Part shown: piece by piece, positions 27,560-38,271 of the stretch
Position numbering within the stretch: the stretch's first letter is position 1
Layout of the letters: each line of letters begins with the position of its first letter
Assembly: GCF_030161575.1 (NCBI RefSeq)
Contig: NZ_BSUL01000001.1
Coordinates: 1,591,809 to 1,655,808 of the forward strand
Length of the DNA stretch: 64,000 bases
Origin: Arenivirga flava
GTDB lineage: Bacteria; Actinomycetota; Actinomycetes; Actinomycetales; Microbacteriaceae
Direction: 5' to 3'
Position numbers and translations under genes: made by a program
The notes under the pieces: generated by a model
Databases searched by the model: none
Seen by the model: only the letters and a program-made list of their open reading frames with translations
What the model was told of the DNA's origin: nothing

Positions 27560-28390
27560 TCAGTTGATCTCGTCAGGGTGCCCGCCGACGCGGCGGTTCT
27601 GATCGGCCGAGCGGATGGCGTCCATCTCCTCCGCCGACAGCTCGAAGTCGAAGACGTCGGCGTTCTGCGCCATCCGCTCCTTGGAGTTCGACTTCGGGAA
27701 GACGATGAGGCCCTCCTGCAGGTGCCAGCGGATCGCGATCTGCTGCACGCTCTTGCCGTGCGCATCCGCGATCGCCTGGAAGCCGGTCAGCTCGCCGAGG
27801 TCGTACTTGCCCTGGCCGAGGGGGCCCCAGCTCTCGACGTGGATGCCCTTCGGCGCGAGGTAGCCGCGCAGCTCGCGCTGCTGGAACGCTGGGTGCAGCT
27901 CGATCTGGTTGACGGCCGGCGCGATGCCGCCCTCGGCGAGGATCGCGTCGAGGTGCTTCGTCTGGAAGTTGGAGACGCCGACGCTGCGCGCGCGGCCGCT
28001 CTCGGCGATGGCCTGCAGGCCCTTCCAGGCGTCGACGTAGGTGCCGCGCTCGGCGACGGGCCAGTGGATCAGGTAGAGGTCGACGTGCTCGAGGCCGAGC
28101 TCGTCGAGGCTGCGCTGGAAGGCGCCCTCGGGGTCGCCCTGGTCGTCGTTCCAGAGCTTGGTGGTGACGAAGAGCTCGTCGCGGGCGATGCCGCTCTCGG
28201 CGATGGCGCGGCCGACGCCGGCCTCGTTGCCGTAGATCTTCGCGGTGTCGAGGTGCCGGTAGCCGACCTCGAGCGCATCCGCGACGATGCGCTGCGTCTC
28301 GACGGGGTCGACCTGGAAGACGCCGAAGCCGAGCTGCGGGATCTCGTGACCGGAGTTGAGCTGGATGGTGGGGCTGGGAATCGCAGTCAT
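27560..28390 (-). CDS. aldo/keto reductase (AKR) family oxidoreductase
   Basis: MTAIPSPTIQLNSGHEIPQLGFGVFQV…IDTAKIYGNE…LWNDDQ…GVSNF…IVFPKS… are canonical AKR motifs. ATG at 28390. Confidence 0.85.
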   Translation of the reverse strand: MTAIPSPTIQLNSGHEIPQLGFGVFQVDPVETQRIVADALEVGYRHLDTAKIYGNEAGVGRAIAESGIARDELFVTTKLWNDDQGDPEGAFQRSLDELGLEHVDLYLIHWPVAERGTYVDAWKGLQAIAESGRARSVGVSNFQTKHLDAILAEGGIAPAVNQIELHPAFQQRELRGYLAPKGIHVESWGPLGQGKYDLGELTGFQAIADAHGKSVQQIAIRWHLQEGLIVFPKSNSKERMAQNADVFDFELSAEEMDAIRSADQNRRVGGHPDEIN

Positions 28391-28517
28391 GCCGACAGCC
28401 TGCCACCCGCGCACCGGATGCGCCCGGCATGTCCGCTGGGTGCGAACAGGACGCCGGCTGGAACGGCGCGGCACGTCACGAGCGGATGCGGGCTGCGCGC
28501 GTGCGCTCCCCCGCCGC

Positions 28518-29810
28518 TCAGAAGTGCGACTGGAAGTAGGCGCCGCCCGGCACCGCGAACAGCCCGTCCGCCAGTGCGACGGCACCGGGCTCGAGTTCGT
28601 CGATGCGGCCCGCGGCGGCCAGCGTGGTCGCCGCGTTGCCGAAGAGCAGCGAGCCCAGATCGCTGACGTCGAGCTCGAGCTGCGCGCCGCCCTCCACCCG
28701 CTCGGCGTCGACGCCGTCCGCGTGCGGACGAACGGCGAACACGCCCTCGGCGTGCCCGAGCACGTCGCGCACCCGCAGGCGCAGCTCGAGTCCGGCCGCG
28801 CGGGCCAGCGGTCCGTACCCGCGCGAACGCAGCACGGCGACGGGGTCGAGCACGCGCGCCCAGAGGTCGTCGTAGACCTCGGTCGTGCGCACGACCCGCT
28901 GGTCGACGAGGGCGAACTGCAGCGGCCCGTTCAGCGGCGCGGCCTCCAGGCTCGCGGTCGCCGCCAGATCGATCGCGGCGAGGTGCTGCCACAGGCCGAG
29001 GTAGGCGTCGTCGCTGCCGGCGACCAGCTCGTGCACCTCGAGCTCGCGCGCCTCGAACTCGCCCTTGGCGGTGTACGCGACGTAGCCGTCGATCGCGCCG
29101 GCGTCGTCGAGGTGCACGGCGGCACGCACGCCGCGGGCGCGGGTCTCGCCGTCCGACTCGACGAAGTAGCGCGACCACCCGGCCCGCCGGGTCACCGAGC
29201 CGATCGTGCGCGCGTGGAAGCGCTCGAAGAGCGCGCCGATGCGGGGCTCGAGCCACGCGCCGTCGACGGACTCGACGCGCCCCGCGGGCTGCCGGTGCAG
29301 GGCGAAGCGCGGGCCAGTGTCCACCGTCACGGAGCGGCTGCGCACGGCGGTGCCGAAGCCGAAGCGCTGGTAGATGGAGCCCTCGGTGACGGTCAGCAGC
29401 GCGAGCGGGGCGCCGGCGTCGACCGCGTCCTGCAGCTCCGCCTCCATCATCGCCCGCAGGATGCCGCGACGGCGGTGGGCCGGCCGCACGGTCACCGAGG
29501 TGATCATGCGCGTCGGGACGAGCTCGGGGCCGCCGAGGTTGACGGAGCCCTCGGTGCGCACGAAGGTCGCCACCGGGCGGCCGAGACCATCGACGCCCTC
29601 GCGTCCCTCGACGGGGTGCACGGCGCGCAGCACGGCGCCCTCCTCGACGAGCCACGCCGCTCGCCGACGCGATGCGGCGGCCGTCGGCGCCTCGGCGTTG
29701 AAGCCCTGGGCGACGGTCTGCATCCAGGCCTCGGTGCGCTCGTCGGGCGCGCCGTCCTGCTGCAGGCCGGCGGGGAAGGTCTCGTGGACGTAGGCGGGGG
29801 TGGTGCTCAC
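28518..29810 (-). CDS. GNAT family N-acetyltransferase, Eis-like (enhanced intracellular survival protein family)
   Basis: …VRPAHRRRGILRAMMEAELQDAVDAGAPLALLTVTEGSIYQRFGFG… followed by the long C-terminal domains typical of Eis. The start is uncertain (GTG 29810 assumed). Confidence 0.65.
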   Translation of the reverse strand: MSTTPAYVHETFPAGLQQDGAPDERTEAWMQTVAQGFNAEAPTAAASRRRAAWLVEEGAVLRAVHPVEGREGVDGLGRPVATFVRTEGSVNLGGPELVPTRMITSVTVRPAHRRRGILRAMMEAELQDAVDAGAPLALLTVTEGSIYQRFGFGTAVRSRSVTVDTGPRFALHRQPAGRVESVDGAWLEPRIGALFERFHARTIGSVTRRAGWSRYFVESDGETRARGVRAAVHLDDAGAIDGYVAYTAKGEFEARELEVHELVAGSDDAYLGLWQHLAAIDLAATASLEAAPLNGPLQFALVDQRVVRTTEVYDDLWARVLDPVAVLRSRGYGPLARAAGLELRLRVRDVLGHAEGVFAVRPHADGVDAERVEGGAQLELDVSDLGSLLFGNAATTLAAAGRIDELEPGAVALADGLFAVPGGAYFQSHF

Positions 29811-29998
29811 AGGATCACGGTACCGGCGAGCGGATGCGCGGTCACCGAGTGCCTCGCCCGGCGAAGCACCTGCGACGACCTTATGAGGTGCCTGGGAGCG
29901 GATGCGACGACCCCCGTCCGCGGGGCACGATACTGGAGCGTTCAAGCAGATAGCCGGCATTCGTCGGACACCCCACTCCTTACGGAAGGCGCTCCCCC

Positions 29999-30445
29999 AT
30001 GCCCAACCTCCCCGCATCCGCCGGCCTCCTCGTGCTCCGCGTCGCCGTCGGCGTCATCGCCATCGCCCACGGCTGGCAGAAGATCTGGACGAACGGCATC
30101 GAGGGCACCACGCAGGGCTTCGCCGGGATGGGCGTGCCCCTGCCGCAGCTCGCCGCACCGCTCGTGGCCTGGACCGAGGTCGTCGGCGGCGCGCTGCTCA
30201 TCGTCGGCCTCGCCGCACGTCTCGCCGGAGCGGCGATCGGCGTGGCCATGCTCGTCGCCATGCTGCTCGTGCACCTGCCCGGCGGGTTCTTCGCCGCCGA
30301 GGGCGGCATCGAGTTCACGCTGCTGCTGACCGCCGCCTCCTTCGCGATCGCGCTGACCGGCAGCGGCGCGCTCTCGGTCGACGCGCTGTTCTCGCGAGCC
30401 CGCGTGGCGCGCCGGGACCGGCGGCTCGAGGCGTCGCCTGCCTGA
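29999..30445 (+). CDS. DoxX family membrane protein
   Basis: 148 aa, 4 TM. …AHGWQKI… DoxX signature. Confidence 0.75.
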   Translation: MPNLPASAGLLVLRVAVGVIAIAHGWQKIWTNGIEGTTQGFAGMGVPLPQLAAPLVAWTEVVGGALLIVGLAARLAGAAIGVAMLVAMLLVHLPGGFFAAEGGIEFTLLLTAASFAIALTGSGALSVDALFSRARVARRDRRLEASPA

Positions 30446-30504
30446 TCCCCGTGCGCGACGTCCTCGTGCTTCGCAGCGGCCGCCCCGGATGCTTGACTGG
30501 GCGC

Positions 30505-31347
30505 ATGAGGATCGCAGTGACGGGATCGACGGGCAAGCTGGGCACGGTCGTGGCGCGGGAGCTCCGCGCCGCAGGCCACGAGGTGATCGGCCTCGACGTG
30601 CAGGGACGGCGCGGGCCGGGCTTCGTGCAGGTGGAGCTGACCGACTACGGGCAGGTGATCGACGCGCTCGGCGGTGTCGGGGACCAGCATGACGGCCTCG
30701 ACGCCGTCGTCCACCTGGCGGCGATCCCGGCACCGGGCATCCGCTCGGACGTCGCGACCTTCCAGAACAACATCGCCGCCACCTTCAACGTGCTGTGGGC
30801 CGCGACCCGCCTCGGCATCGACCGGATCGTCACGGCCTCGAGCGAGACGCTGCAGGGGCTGCCGCTCGAGACGCCGCCGCCCTACATCCCCGTCGACGAG
30901 GACTACCCGGCGCGGCCCGAGTCCACGTACTCGCTCTCGAAGCACCTCGAGGAGCATCTGGCGATCGAGCTGGTGCGCTGGAACCCCGGGCTGTCGCTCA
31001 CGGCGCTGCGCTTCTCGAACGTCATGAACCCCGAGGACTACGCCGAGTTCCCCTCGTTCGACGCCGACGCGAGCGTGCGGCGCTGGAACCTGTGGGGCTA
31101 CATCGACGCGCGCGACGGAGCACAGGCCGTGCAGCTGGCCCTCGAGGCGGGCCGTCCCGGCTTCGAGCGCTACCTCATCGCCGCCGCCGACACCGTGATG
31201 AGCCGACCGAACGCCGAGCTCGTGGCCGAGCAGTTCCCGGAGGTGCCCGTGCGAGGCGACCTCGGAGTGAACGACACGCTGCTCTCCATCGAGAAGGCCC
31301 GCCGCGAGCTCGGCTACGAGCCCCGGCACAGCTGGCGGGACGTCTGA
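30505..31347 (+). CDS. NAD-dependent epimerase/dehydratase family protein
   Basis: MRIAVTGSTGKLGTVVARELRAAGHEV… Rossmann N-terminus with the YxxxK motif (YSLSKHLEE). Confidence 0.8.
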   Translation: MRIAVTGSTGKLGTVVARELRAAGHEVIGLDVQGRRGPGFVQVELTDYGQVIDALGGVGDQHDGLDAVVHLAAIPAPGIRSDVATFQNNIAATFNVLWAATRLGIDRIVTASSETLQGLPLETPPPYIPVDEDYPARPESTYSLSKHLEEHLAIELVRWNPGLSLTALRFSNVMNPEDYAEFPSFDADASVRRWNLWGYIDARDGAQAVQLALEAGRPGFERYLIAAADTVMSRPNAELVAEQFPEVPVRGDLGVNDTLLSIEKARRELGYEPRHSWRDV

Positions 31348-31353
31348 CGGGCT

Positions 31354-31392
31354 CCGCATCCCGCCCGTGCGCAGCGCCGGGGCGGGATGCGG
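31354..31392. terminator. Bidirectional hairpin (about 14-bp stem ccgcatcccgcccg/cgggcgggatgcgg) between the epimerase (+) and flotillin (-) 3' ends
   Basis: Direct reading. Confidence 0.45.
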
Positions 31393-31409
31393 AACCCGTC
31401 GGGTGACGG

Positions 31410-32827
31410 CTACTCGGTCGCCGGCGCCTGCTTCGGAGCGGATGCGGGCGCATCCCGCTGGGCGGGCGGGGCCGGCGGGGCCCAGTTCGCCTTCACCGCG
31501 CCGCCGATGCCCTCGCCGACCGCGCGGCCCTGGATGATCGCGCCCAGGTCGATGCCGGTCGCGGCCTTGACGGCCTCGAAGGTCGAGCGCATGCCCGTGG
31601 CGGACTCGGACGCAAGGTGGCTGCTGGCCCCCTCCCCGCCGAGCACCGTGACGTTGCCGACCTTGTCGTAGCCTTTCGCGAACTCGGCCATCATCGGCAC
31701 GAGCGCCTCGAGGGCGCGCTGGGCGAGCAGCGCCTCCTGGTTCTTCGCGAGCGCGTCCGCCTCGGCGCTGATCGCCGCGGCGCGGGCCTCACCGGCGAGG
31801 CGCACGGCCTCGGCGTCGGCCTCGGCCTTGAGGCGCACGGCCTGCGCCTCCTGCTCGGCTATCTGGGCCCTCGCCTGAGCCGCCTTGACCTGCGCGTACG
31901 CCTGCGCGTCCGCATCCTTCTGGCTCTTGTAGAGGTTCGCGTCGGCCACGCGGCTGACCTCGGACTCGAGGCGGGCCTGCGTGTTCTGCGCCTCCTGCTC
32001 GAGCACCGCCTGCTGCCGCTCGGCGCGGGCCAGCGCCTCCGCCTGCTCGGCCTCGGCGTTCGCGCGGCCGACCTCGGCCTTGGCCGCGGCGCTGTTCTTG
32101 TCGAGCTGGGTCTGCTCGATGAGGTTCGCCTCGTCCGTGGCGATCTGGCGGGCGCGGATCTCGCGGTCGGCGTTGATCTTGGCGACCTCGGCCTCGCGCT
32201 TGACGCGCTCGACCTCGGTGGCGCCGAGCGCGGAGATGTAGTTGTTCTGGTCGGTGATGCCCTGGATCTGGAACGAGTCGAGGATGAGGCCCTGCGACGA
32301 GAGGTCGTTCTTGATGCCCTCGGCGATCTGGTCGCTCAGGCGCTGGCGGTCGCGCATGAGCTCCTCGACCGTCAGGGTCGCGACGACGCCGCGGAGCGCG
32401 CCCTCGAGCTGTTCGGTCGTGAACTGCTCGATCGCCTTGTCCTGCGAGGCGAAGCGCTCGGCGGCGCGGCGCACCGACTCCGGGTCGGAGCCGATCTTCA
32501 CGAGCGCGACGCCGCTGACGTTCACCGTGACGCCGGTCGACGACTGCGCGGTCGGCTCCATCTTGATCTGGCGGGCGCGCAGCGAGATCATCTCGGCGCG
32601 CTGCGTCAGGGGTTCACGATCGCGCCGCCGCCGGTGATGACGGTAATGCGCGAGGAGTCGCCCTGCGCGTTCTTCTGGCTCTTGCCGACGATGACCAGCG
32701 CCTCGTCGGCCTTGGCCACGCGGTACCAGGCCCGGATGAGGACGATGACGATGATGAGCGCGATGACGGCCGCGCCGATGGCGAAGATCACGGCGATGCC
32801 GATGCCTCCCGCTGCGAGCAGATCCAT
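31410..32827 (-). CDS. flotillin-like SPFH/band-7 family protein (YqiK/FloA-like), disrupted by a 1-nt deletion in a C4 (G4 on top strand) run at 32609-32612
   Basis: N-terminal TM (MDLLAAGGIGIAVIFAIGAAVIALIIVIVLI) plus SPFH domain plus long Ala/Glu/Gln-rich coiled coil. The two halves lie in different frames (32606-32827 and 31410-32620). Restoring one C gives …GGAIVNPLTQRAEMISLRARQIK…. Confidence 0.8.
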
Positions 32828-32927
32828 GCAGTTCCCCCTTGGTTCGGCAGCGCCGGCGGATGGACCGGGCCGGCGCGTGGTGTCCGTCCAACCTATCGGC
32901 TGGTGGCACCCGTACGGGGTGCGGCTT

Positions 32928-33878
32928 TCAGCGCGAGACCGGGTCGCGCCCCGCCTCGAGGAAGCGTTGCACCTGGCGCAGGGTCGGCGCCGACTCCCAG
33001 TCGCCCGGCACGGTGCAGAGCAGCGCACCGCAGGCGTTGCCGCGGCGCAGGCGCTCCTCGACGGGCTGCCCCTCGAGCTGGGCGCTGAGGTAGCCGGCGA
33101 CGAACGCGTCGCCGGCGCCGACCGTGTCGACGACCGCGACGCGGAAGCCGTCGTGCCGGGCGAGTCGGCCGTCCACGATCGCGAGCGCGCCGCGCTCCCC
33201 CAGCTTCGCCACCACGGAACGGCCGCGGCTCGCCAGCGACGCCGCGACCTCCGCCGCGTCGTCGCCGGTGCCGCCGACCAGCCGCAGCTCTTCCTCGCCG
33301 CCGATGAGCACATCCGCTCGCTCGGCGAGCTCGCGCAGCACCGGCCCCGCCGCATCCGCCGCGCCCAGTGCGGTGCGGTGGTTGACGTCGAAGCTCACGG
33401 GCACGCCGGCCGCGCGGGCGCGGTCGACGGCCGCGTGCGCGACCGCCAGGCAGGAGGCGGAGAGCAGCGGTGTGATGCCGGTGAGGTGCAGCAGCGCCGC
33501 GCCGTCGAGGACGTCGGCGGGCAGGTCGTCGGCGTCGAGGCGCGAGCCCGCGGAGCCGGTGCGGTAGTAGTGCACGGAGGTGGCGTCGCCGCTCGGGCGC
33601 TCCTTGAGCATGAGGCCGGTGCGGGCTCCTCCATCGACGATCACCCGCGCGTCGACGCCCTCGGCGCGGAGTTCGCGAGCGACCCGCACGCCGAGGCTGT
33701 CGTCGCCGACCCGACCGACCCAGGTCGCCTCGACGCCGAGGCGGCGCAGGCCGATGGCCACGTTGCTCTCCGAGCCGCCGACCCCGATCGACAGGGCGCC
33801 GAGGTGGGCGAGCGAGCCGACCGCATCCGCTCGCAGCAGCGCCATCGTCTCGCCGAGGGTGACGACGCGTGCGCTCAT
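32928..33878 (-). CDS. kdgK: PfkB family sugar kinase (2-dehydro-3-deoxygluconokinase-like)
   Basis: Ribokinase-fold motifs (…LSIGVGGSESNVA…, DTVGAGDAFVAG). ATG at 33878. Confidence 0.75.
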   Translation of the reverse strand: MSARVVTLGETMALLRADAVGSLAHLGALSIGVGGSESNVAIGLRRLGVEATWVGRVGDDSLGVRVARELRAEGVDARVIVDGGARTGLMLKERPSGDATSVHYYRTGSAGSRLDADDLPADVLDGAALLHLTGITPLLSASCLAVAHAAVDRARAAGVPVSFDVNHRTALGAADAAGPVLRELAERADVLIGGEEELRLVGGTGDDAAEVAASLASRGRSVVAKLGERGALAIVDGRLARHDGFRVAVVDTVGAGDAFVAGYLSAQLEGQPVEERLRRGNACGALLCTVPGDWESAPTLRQVQRFLEAGRDPVSR

Positions 33879-34522
33879 CGCGGCACCGCGTCGCAGCGCT
33901 CGACGAAGGCCCGGGTGCGCCGGCCGAGCTCGCCGAGGTCGCCACCGGCGAAGGCGTCGCCGAGCAGCGGCCCGCCCACGCTGACGGCCGCGGCGCCGGC
34001 GCGCAGCCACGCCTCGGCGCCGTCGAGGTCGATGCCGCCGGAGGGCACGACCTGCATGCCGGGGAACGGCCCGCGCAGGTCCTTGACGTACCCGGGGCTC
34101 ACCTGGCTGGCGGGGAACACCTTGACCGCGGCCGCGCCGCGCGACCAGGAGGCGAAGAGCTCGGTGGGCGTCAGGCCGCCCGGCACGATGGCGGTGCCGG
34201 ATGCGACGGCCGACTCGACGAGGCCCGAGTCCGTCACCGGCGTGACCAGGTAGGCGGCCCCGCCGTCGACCGCGCGCCGCAGCGCATCCGGTCGCAGGAC
34301 GGTGCCGACGCCGACGTCGACGCCCTCGTAGCGCTCGACGAGCGCGGGCAGCGCCTCCAGCGTGCCCGGCGTCGTGAGGGTCAGCTCGATGCTGCGGATG
34401 CCGTGCTCGACGAGCACGTCGAGCACGGGCGCGTAGGCCTCCGCGCTCGGCGCTCGCACCACGACGAGCAGGCGCGCCTCGGCGGTGCGGGCGGGGACGG
34501 GGATGCGGTGCTCACCAGTCAT
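33875..34522 (-). CDS. eda: bifunctional KHG/KDPG aldolase (Eda)
   Basis: About 215 aa TIM-barrel aldolase (…[13 protein letters not shown]…KVFPA…). Overlaps kdgK (ATGA). Confidence 0.75.
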   Translation of the reverse strand: MTGEHRIPVPARTAEARLLVVVRAPSAEAYAPVLDVLVEHGIRSIELTLTTPGTLEALPALVERYEGVDVGVGTVLRPDALRRAVDGGAAYLVTPVTDSGLVESAVASGTAIVPGGLTPTELFASWSRGAAAVKVFPASQVSPGYVKDLRGPFPGMQVVPSGGIDLDGAEAWLRAGAAAVSVGGPLLGDAFAGGDLGELGRRTRAFVERCDAVPR

Positions 34523-35753
34523 GGACGGTCCCGTCGATCAGGCGGTTCACGGGCAGGTACGCGGCGGTGTAGTCGAAGCGCGCCGCGGCCTCCTCGTCGA
34601 GCTCGACGCCGAGCCCCGGCGCGTCGCCGGGGTGCAGGAAGCCGCGCTCGAAGCGGTAGGAGGTGCGGAACACGTCGAGGGTGTCGTCGTTGTGCGGCAT
34701 GTACTCCTGGATGCCGAAGTTGTGGATCGCGAGACCGAGGTGCATCGCGGCGGCCATGCCGACCGGCGAGATGTCGGTCGGCCCGTGCATGCCCGAGCGG
34801 ATGCCGTAGATCGCCGCGAAGTCGAGCAGCTTGCGGGTGGCCGTGATGCCGCCGGTGTGGGTGACCGCCGAGCGCACGTAGTCGATGAGGCGCTCCGTGA
34901 TGAGCGTCTGGTAGTCGTGCACCGAGTTGAAGATCTCGCCGATCGCGAGCGGCGTGGTCGAGTGCTGGCGCACCGTGCGCAGGGCGGTCTGGTCCTCCGC
35001 CGGGGTGACGTCCTCGAGCCAGAACAGGCCGTAGGGCTCGAGCGACTTCGCCAACCGGGCCGCCTCGATCGGCGACATGCGGTGGTGCGCGTCGTGCAGC
35101 AGCCGCAGACCGGTGCCGAACTCGCCCCGGAGCTCCTCGAACACGCCGGGCACGTGCGCCAGGTAGGCGGGCGTGTCCCAGATCTCCTCCGAGGGCCGCA
35201 CGGCGCCGCTGCCGTCGGCGGCGCGCTTCGCCGGCTCGTAGTTGTACTTCGTGCCGGGGGTGTTCGACGAGACGCCGTAGATCTGGCCGAGGCCGGGCAC
35301 GCCGGTCTGCACCCGCACCGCGGTGAACCCCTCCTCCACCAGGCCCGTGACGGTGTCCTTGAGCGCCGCGATGTCGGTGCCGGAGGCGTGGTAGTAGGTG
35401 CGCAGGCTGTCGCGGCTCGCGCCGCCGAGCAGCTGGTAGAGCGGCACGCCGGCCCGCTTGGCCTTGATGTCCCACAACGCCATGTCGACCGCGGCGATGG
35501 CGCTCATGGTCACCGGCCCGCGCCGCCAGTAGGCGCCGCGGTAGAGGTACTGCCAGGTGTCCTCGATGCGCTCCTCGTCGCGCCCGACGAGCATGGGCGC
35601 GAGGTGGTCGCGCAGGTAGGAGGCCACCGAGAGCTCGCGGCCGTTGAGGGTGGCGTCGCCCCAGCCGACGATGCCGTCGCTCGTGACGATCTTGAGGGTG
35701 ACGAAGTTGCGGCCGGGGCTGGTGACGTTGACGCTGATCTGCTCGATGCTCAT
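34512..35753 (-). CDS. enolase-superfamily D-mannonate/D-galactonate dehydratase family protein (ManD/RspA-like)
   Basis: [40 protein letters not shown]… N-terminal capping domain, followed by a barrel with conserved acid/His residues. Confidence 0.8.
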   Translation of the reverse strand: MSIEQISVNVTSPGRNFVTLKIVTSDGIVGWGDATLNGRELSVASYLRDHLAPMLVGRDEERIEDTWQYLYRGAYWRRGPVTMSAIAAVDMALWDIKAKRAGVPLYQLLGGASRDSLRTYYHASGTDIAALKDTVTGLVEEGFTAVRVQTGVPGLGQIYGVSSNTPGTKYNYEPAKRAADGSGAVRPSEEIWDTPAYLAHVPGVFEELRGEFGTGLRLLHDAHHRMSPIEAARLAKSLEPYGLFWLEDVTPAEDQTALRTVRQHSTTPLAIGEIFNSVHDYQTLITERLIDYVRSAVTHTGGITATRKLLDFAAIYGIRSGMHGPTDISPVGMAAAMHLGLAIHNFGIQEYMPHNDDTLDVFRTSYRFERGFLHPGDAPGLGVELDEEAAARFDYTAAYLPVNRLIDGTVHDW

Positions 35754-35828
35754 GGTTGCTCCTGGATGGGGTGGGGCCGGGCTCCTCGTCGAGGAGGAGC
35801 CCGGCGGATGCTCGATCCGCTCAGCCGG

Positions 35829-37217
35829 TCACATGGCGTCGCGCGGGTCGGTCAGGTCGCGGCCGGCGACCTCGGGCATCCACAGCGCCGCGATGAGCGC
35901 GCAGACGGTGAAGACGCCGAGCATGATGACGATCGGGATGAACGAGCCGGTGACCGCCGCCACCCAGGCGGCTGCGACCACGGGGCCGATGCCGGTGGCG
36001 ATGATCGCCGCGATCTCGCGCGCCATCGCCGTGTAGGTGTAGCGGTTCCGCGAGCCGAAGATCTCCGGCAGCGTCAGGTTCTCCAGCGAGGCCAGGGTCA
36101 TGACGGCGAGGTTGTGGATGATGATGTACCCGGCGAAGACCAGCGGGGTGTCGCCGGTCGAGATCATGAGGATCGACGGGTAGATCGCGATCAGCGCGAC
36201 GACCGTCCAGACGATGTACATCGTGCGCCGGCCGAAGCGGTCGCCGAGCAGGCCCGACAGCGGCACCGTGATGAACGCGACGAGCGACGAGACGATGACG
36301 ACGTTGGCGCCGATCGAGCGGTCGAGCAGCAGCACGACCGTGAGGTACGAGATCAGGTAGGTCTGGATCATGCCGGAGTTGCCGGCCTGGCCGAAGCGCA
36401 GCAGCAGGGCCACGACGAACGCCTTGATCGGCTTGCGGTTCAGCGCGTCGAGCGTGCGCTGATCGCCCTGCTCGGTCGCCCGGATGACGATCTGCTCCTT
36501 GGTGAGCGCGGCGCCGTCGACGACGTCGTCGCGCTCCTCGAAGACCGGGCTCTCCTTGAGGTTGGCCCGCACCCAGACCGCGAAGAGCATGATGACGGCG
36601 CTGGCGAGGAACGGGATGCGCCATGCCCAGTCGATGACCTCCTGCTCGCTGAAGGTCACCAGCAGCACCGCCCAGATCGCGGAGGCGAGCAGGGTGCCGC
36701 AGTTAGTGCCGAGCGCGACGAGCGAGGCGATGATGCCGCGGCGGCGCGCCGGAGCGTACTCGGCCAGCATCACGCCGGCGCCGGAGATCTCCGCGCCGGC
36801 ACCGAAGCCCTGGGCGAGGCGCAGGATGACCAGCAGGATGGGCGCGAGCACGCCGACCTGCGCGTAGGTGGGCAGCACGCCGATGAGGGTCGTGGCGGCG
36901 CCCATGAGCAGGATCGTGTAGAACAGCACCTTCTTGCGGCCGGTGCGGTCGCCGAGCCGGGCGAAGAAAAACGCGCCGACTGGACGGGCGACGTAGCCGA
37001 CGCCGTAGGTCGCCATCGAGGCGACCACCGCGACGGCGGGGTTCTCGCTCGAGAAGAACAGGTCGGCGAAGACGAGCGCCGCGGCCAGCGAGTAGAGCTG
37101 GTAGTCCATGAACTCGAGCGCCGTGCCGAGCCAGCCGGAGATCGCGGCGCGCACGAGATCGCGCATCGAGCGCTTGGTGGTCGGATCCGGCTGCGCGGCC
37201 CGTGCCGATGCGGTCAT
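35829..37217 (-). CDS. MFS transporter (metabolite:H+ symporter family)
   Basis: 12 TM. Contains …RLGDRTGRKKVL… (MFS motif A) and the ALEFMDYQLYS N-terminus typical of the MHS family. Confidence 0.85.
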   Translation of the reverse strand: MTASARAAQPDPTTKRSMRDLVRAAISGWLGTALEFMDYQLYSLAAALVFADLFFSSENPAVAVVASMATYGVGYVARPVGAFFFARLGDRTGRKKVLFYTILLMGAATTLIGVLPTYAQVGVLAPILLVILRLAQGFGAGAEISGAGVMLAEYAPARRRGIIASLVALGTNCGTLLASAIWAVLLVTFSEQEVIDWAWRIPFLASAVIMLFAVWVRANLKESPVFEERDDVVDGAALTKEQIVIRATEQGDQRTLDALNRKPIKAFVVALLLRFGQAGNSGMIQTYLISYLTVVLLLDRSIGANVVIVSSLVAFITVPLSGLLGDRFGRRTMYIVWTVVALIAIYPSILMISTGDTPLVFAGYIIIHNLAVMTLASLENLTLPEIFGSRNRYTYTAMAREIAAIIATGIGPVVAAAWVAAVTGSFIPIVIMLGVFTVCALIAALWMPEVAGRDLTDPRDAM

Positions 37218-37266
37218 GGGGGACTCCTTCGTCAGGTGATGCAGTGCGGGGTGGCGTGGGGTGGGG

Positions 37267-38271
37267 TCAGAGTTCGAGCAGGACCTTGCCGGAGACGGAT
37301 GCGTCGCGCGCGGTCGCGAAGGCCGCCGCGGCGTCCTGCGCCGGCAGGGTGTGGGTGATGACCGCGTCGAGCGCGGGCGTCTCGGCGAGCATGGCGACGG
37401 CGTCGTCGATCTCGTCGGAGAACCGGAAGGCGCCGCGCAGCTGCAGCTCCTTCGCGAGCATGGGCGCGAGGTTCACGGGGACGGCCTCGTTCGGCAGCAT
37501 GCCGACCTGCACGATGACCCCGGTGCGCGCCGCCGAACGCACCGCCTGGGTCAGCGCCGGGGCGGCGCCCGAGCACTCGAGCACGATGTCGAAGGCCGTG
37601 TCGGCCACGGCGTCCTCGCCGACGACGAGCAGCTCGTCCGCTCCCTGCGTGCGAGCCCGGTCGAGCGCCTCGCGGCGCAGGTCGGCGACGGCGATCGCGC
37701 CGGCGCCGGCTCGGCGCAGCGCGGCCACGACGAGCAGGCCGATCGGCCCCGCGCCCAGCACGAGCACGCGGCGACCCGCGACGTCGCCGGCCAGCGACAC
37801 CGCGTGCAGGGCGACGGCGAGCGGCTCGGCGAGCGCGGCCCGCGGCAGCGGCAGCGACTCGGGCAGCACGCGCACCATGGCGCGCTCGACGATCACCTGC
37901 TCCGCCGCCGCACCCTGACGGTGCGGGTCGGCGGCGGCGCTGCCGAGGTAGTCGCCACCGGGTCGGAGGTGCGGATGCGCCTCCAGCCCCGCGACGGACG
38001 GCCCGAAGCGCGCGGGATGCACCGTCACCGGCGTGCCCGCGGCGAGCTCGCCCGAGGGATCGAGGTCGACGACCGCCGAGAGCTCGTGCCCGGGGGTGAG
38101 CGGCTCGCGGATCGTGTACTCGCCGTTGGCGCCGTGGAAGTAGTAGTGCAGGTCGGAGCCGCAGATGCCGACGTAGCGCACGCGCAGGCGCACCTCGCCG
38201 TCGCGCGGCTCGGGCAGGGGTCGGTCCTCCCAGCGGATGTCCTCCGCCGCGTGGATGGCGAGCTGCTTCAA
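37267..38271 (-). CDS. zinc-binding alcohol dehydrogenase family protein (L-idonate 5-dehydrogenase/sorbitol dehydrogenase-like)
   Basis: GICGSDLHYY… zinc motif and GAGPIGL Rossmann motif. TTG start overlaps the upstream stop, with ggaggagg 5 nt upstream. Confidence 0.75.
   Translation of the reverse strand: MKQLAIHAAEDIRWEDRPLPEPRDGEVRLRVRYVGICGSDLHYYFHGANGEYTIREPLTPGHELSAVVDLDPSGELAAGTPVTVHPARFGPSVAGLEAHPHLRPGGDYLGSAAADPHRQGAAAEQVIVERAMVRVLPESLPLPRAALAEPLAVALHAVSLAGDVAGRRVLVLGAGPIGLLVVAALRRAGAGAIAVADLRREALDRARTQGADELLVVGEDAVADTAFDIVLECSGAAPALTQAVRSAARTGVIVQVGMLPNEAVPVNLAPMLAKELQLRGAFRFSDEIDDAVAMLAETPALDAVITHTLPAQDAAAAFATARDASVSGKVLLEL

Noticed and set aside
31410-32909. Treating the listed 499-aa ORF start (M at 32909) as the flotillin start
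   Set aside because: The first about 95 residues of that frame are Arg/His-rich junk. The true N-terminal TM segment (MDLLAAGG…) is in the adjacent frame, ending at a C-run frameshift.
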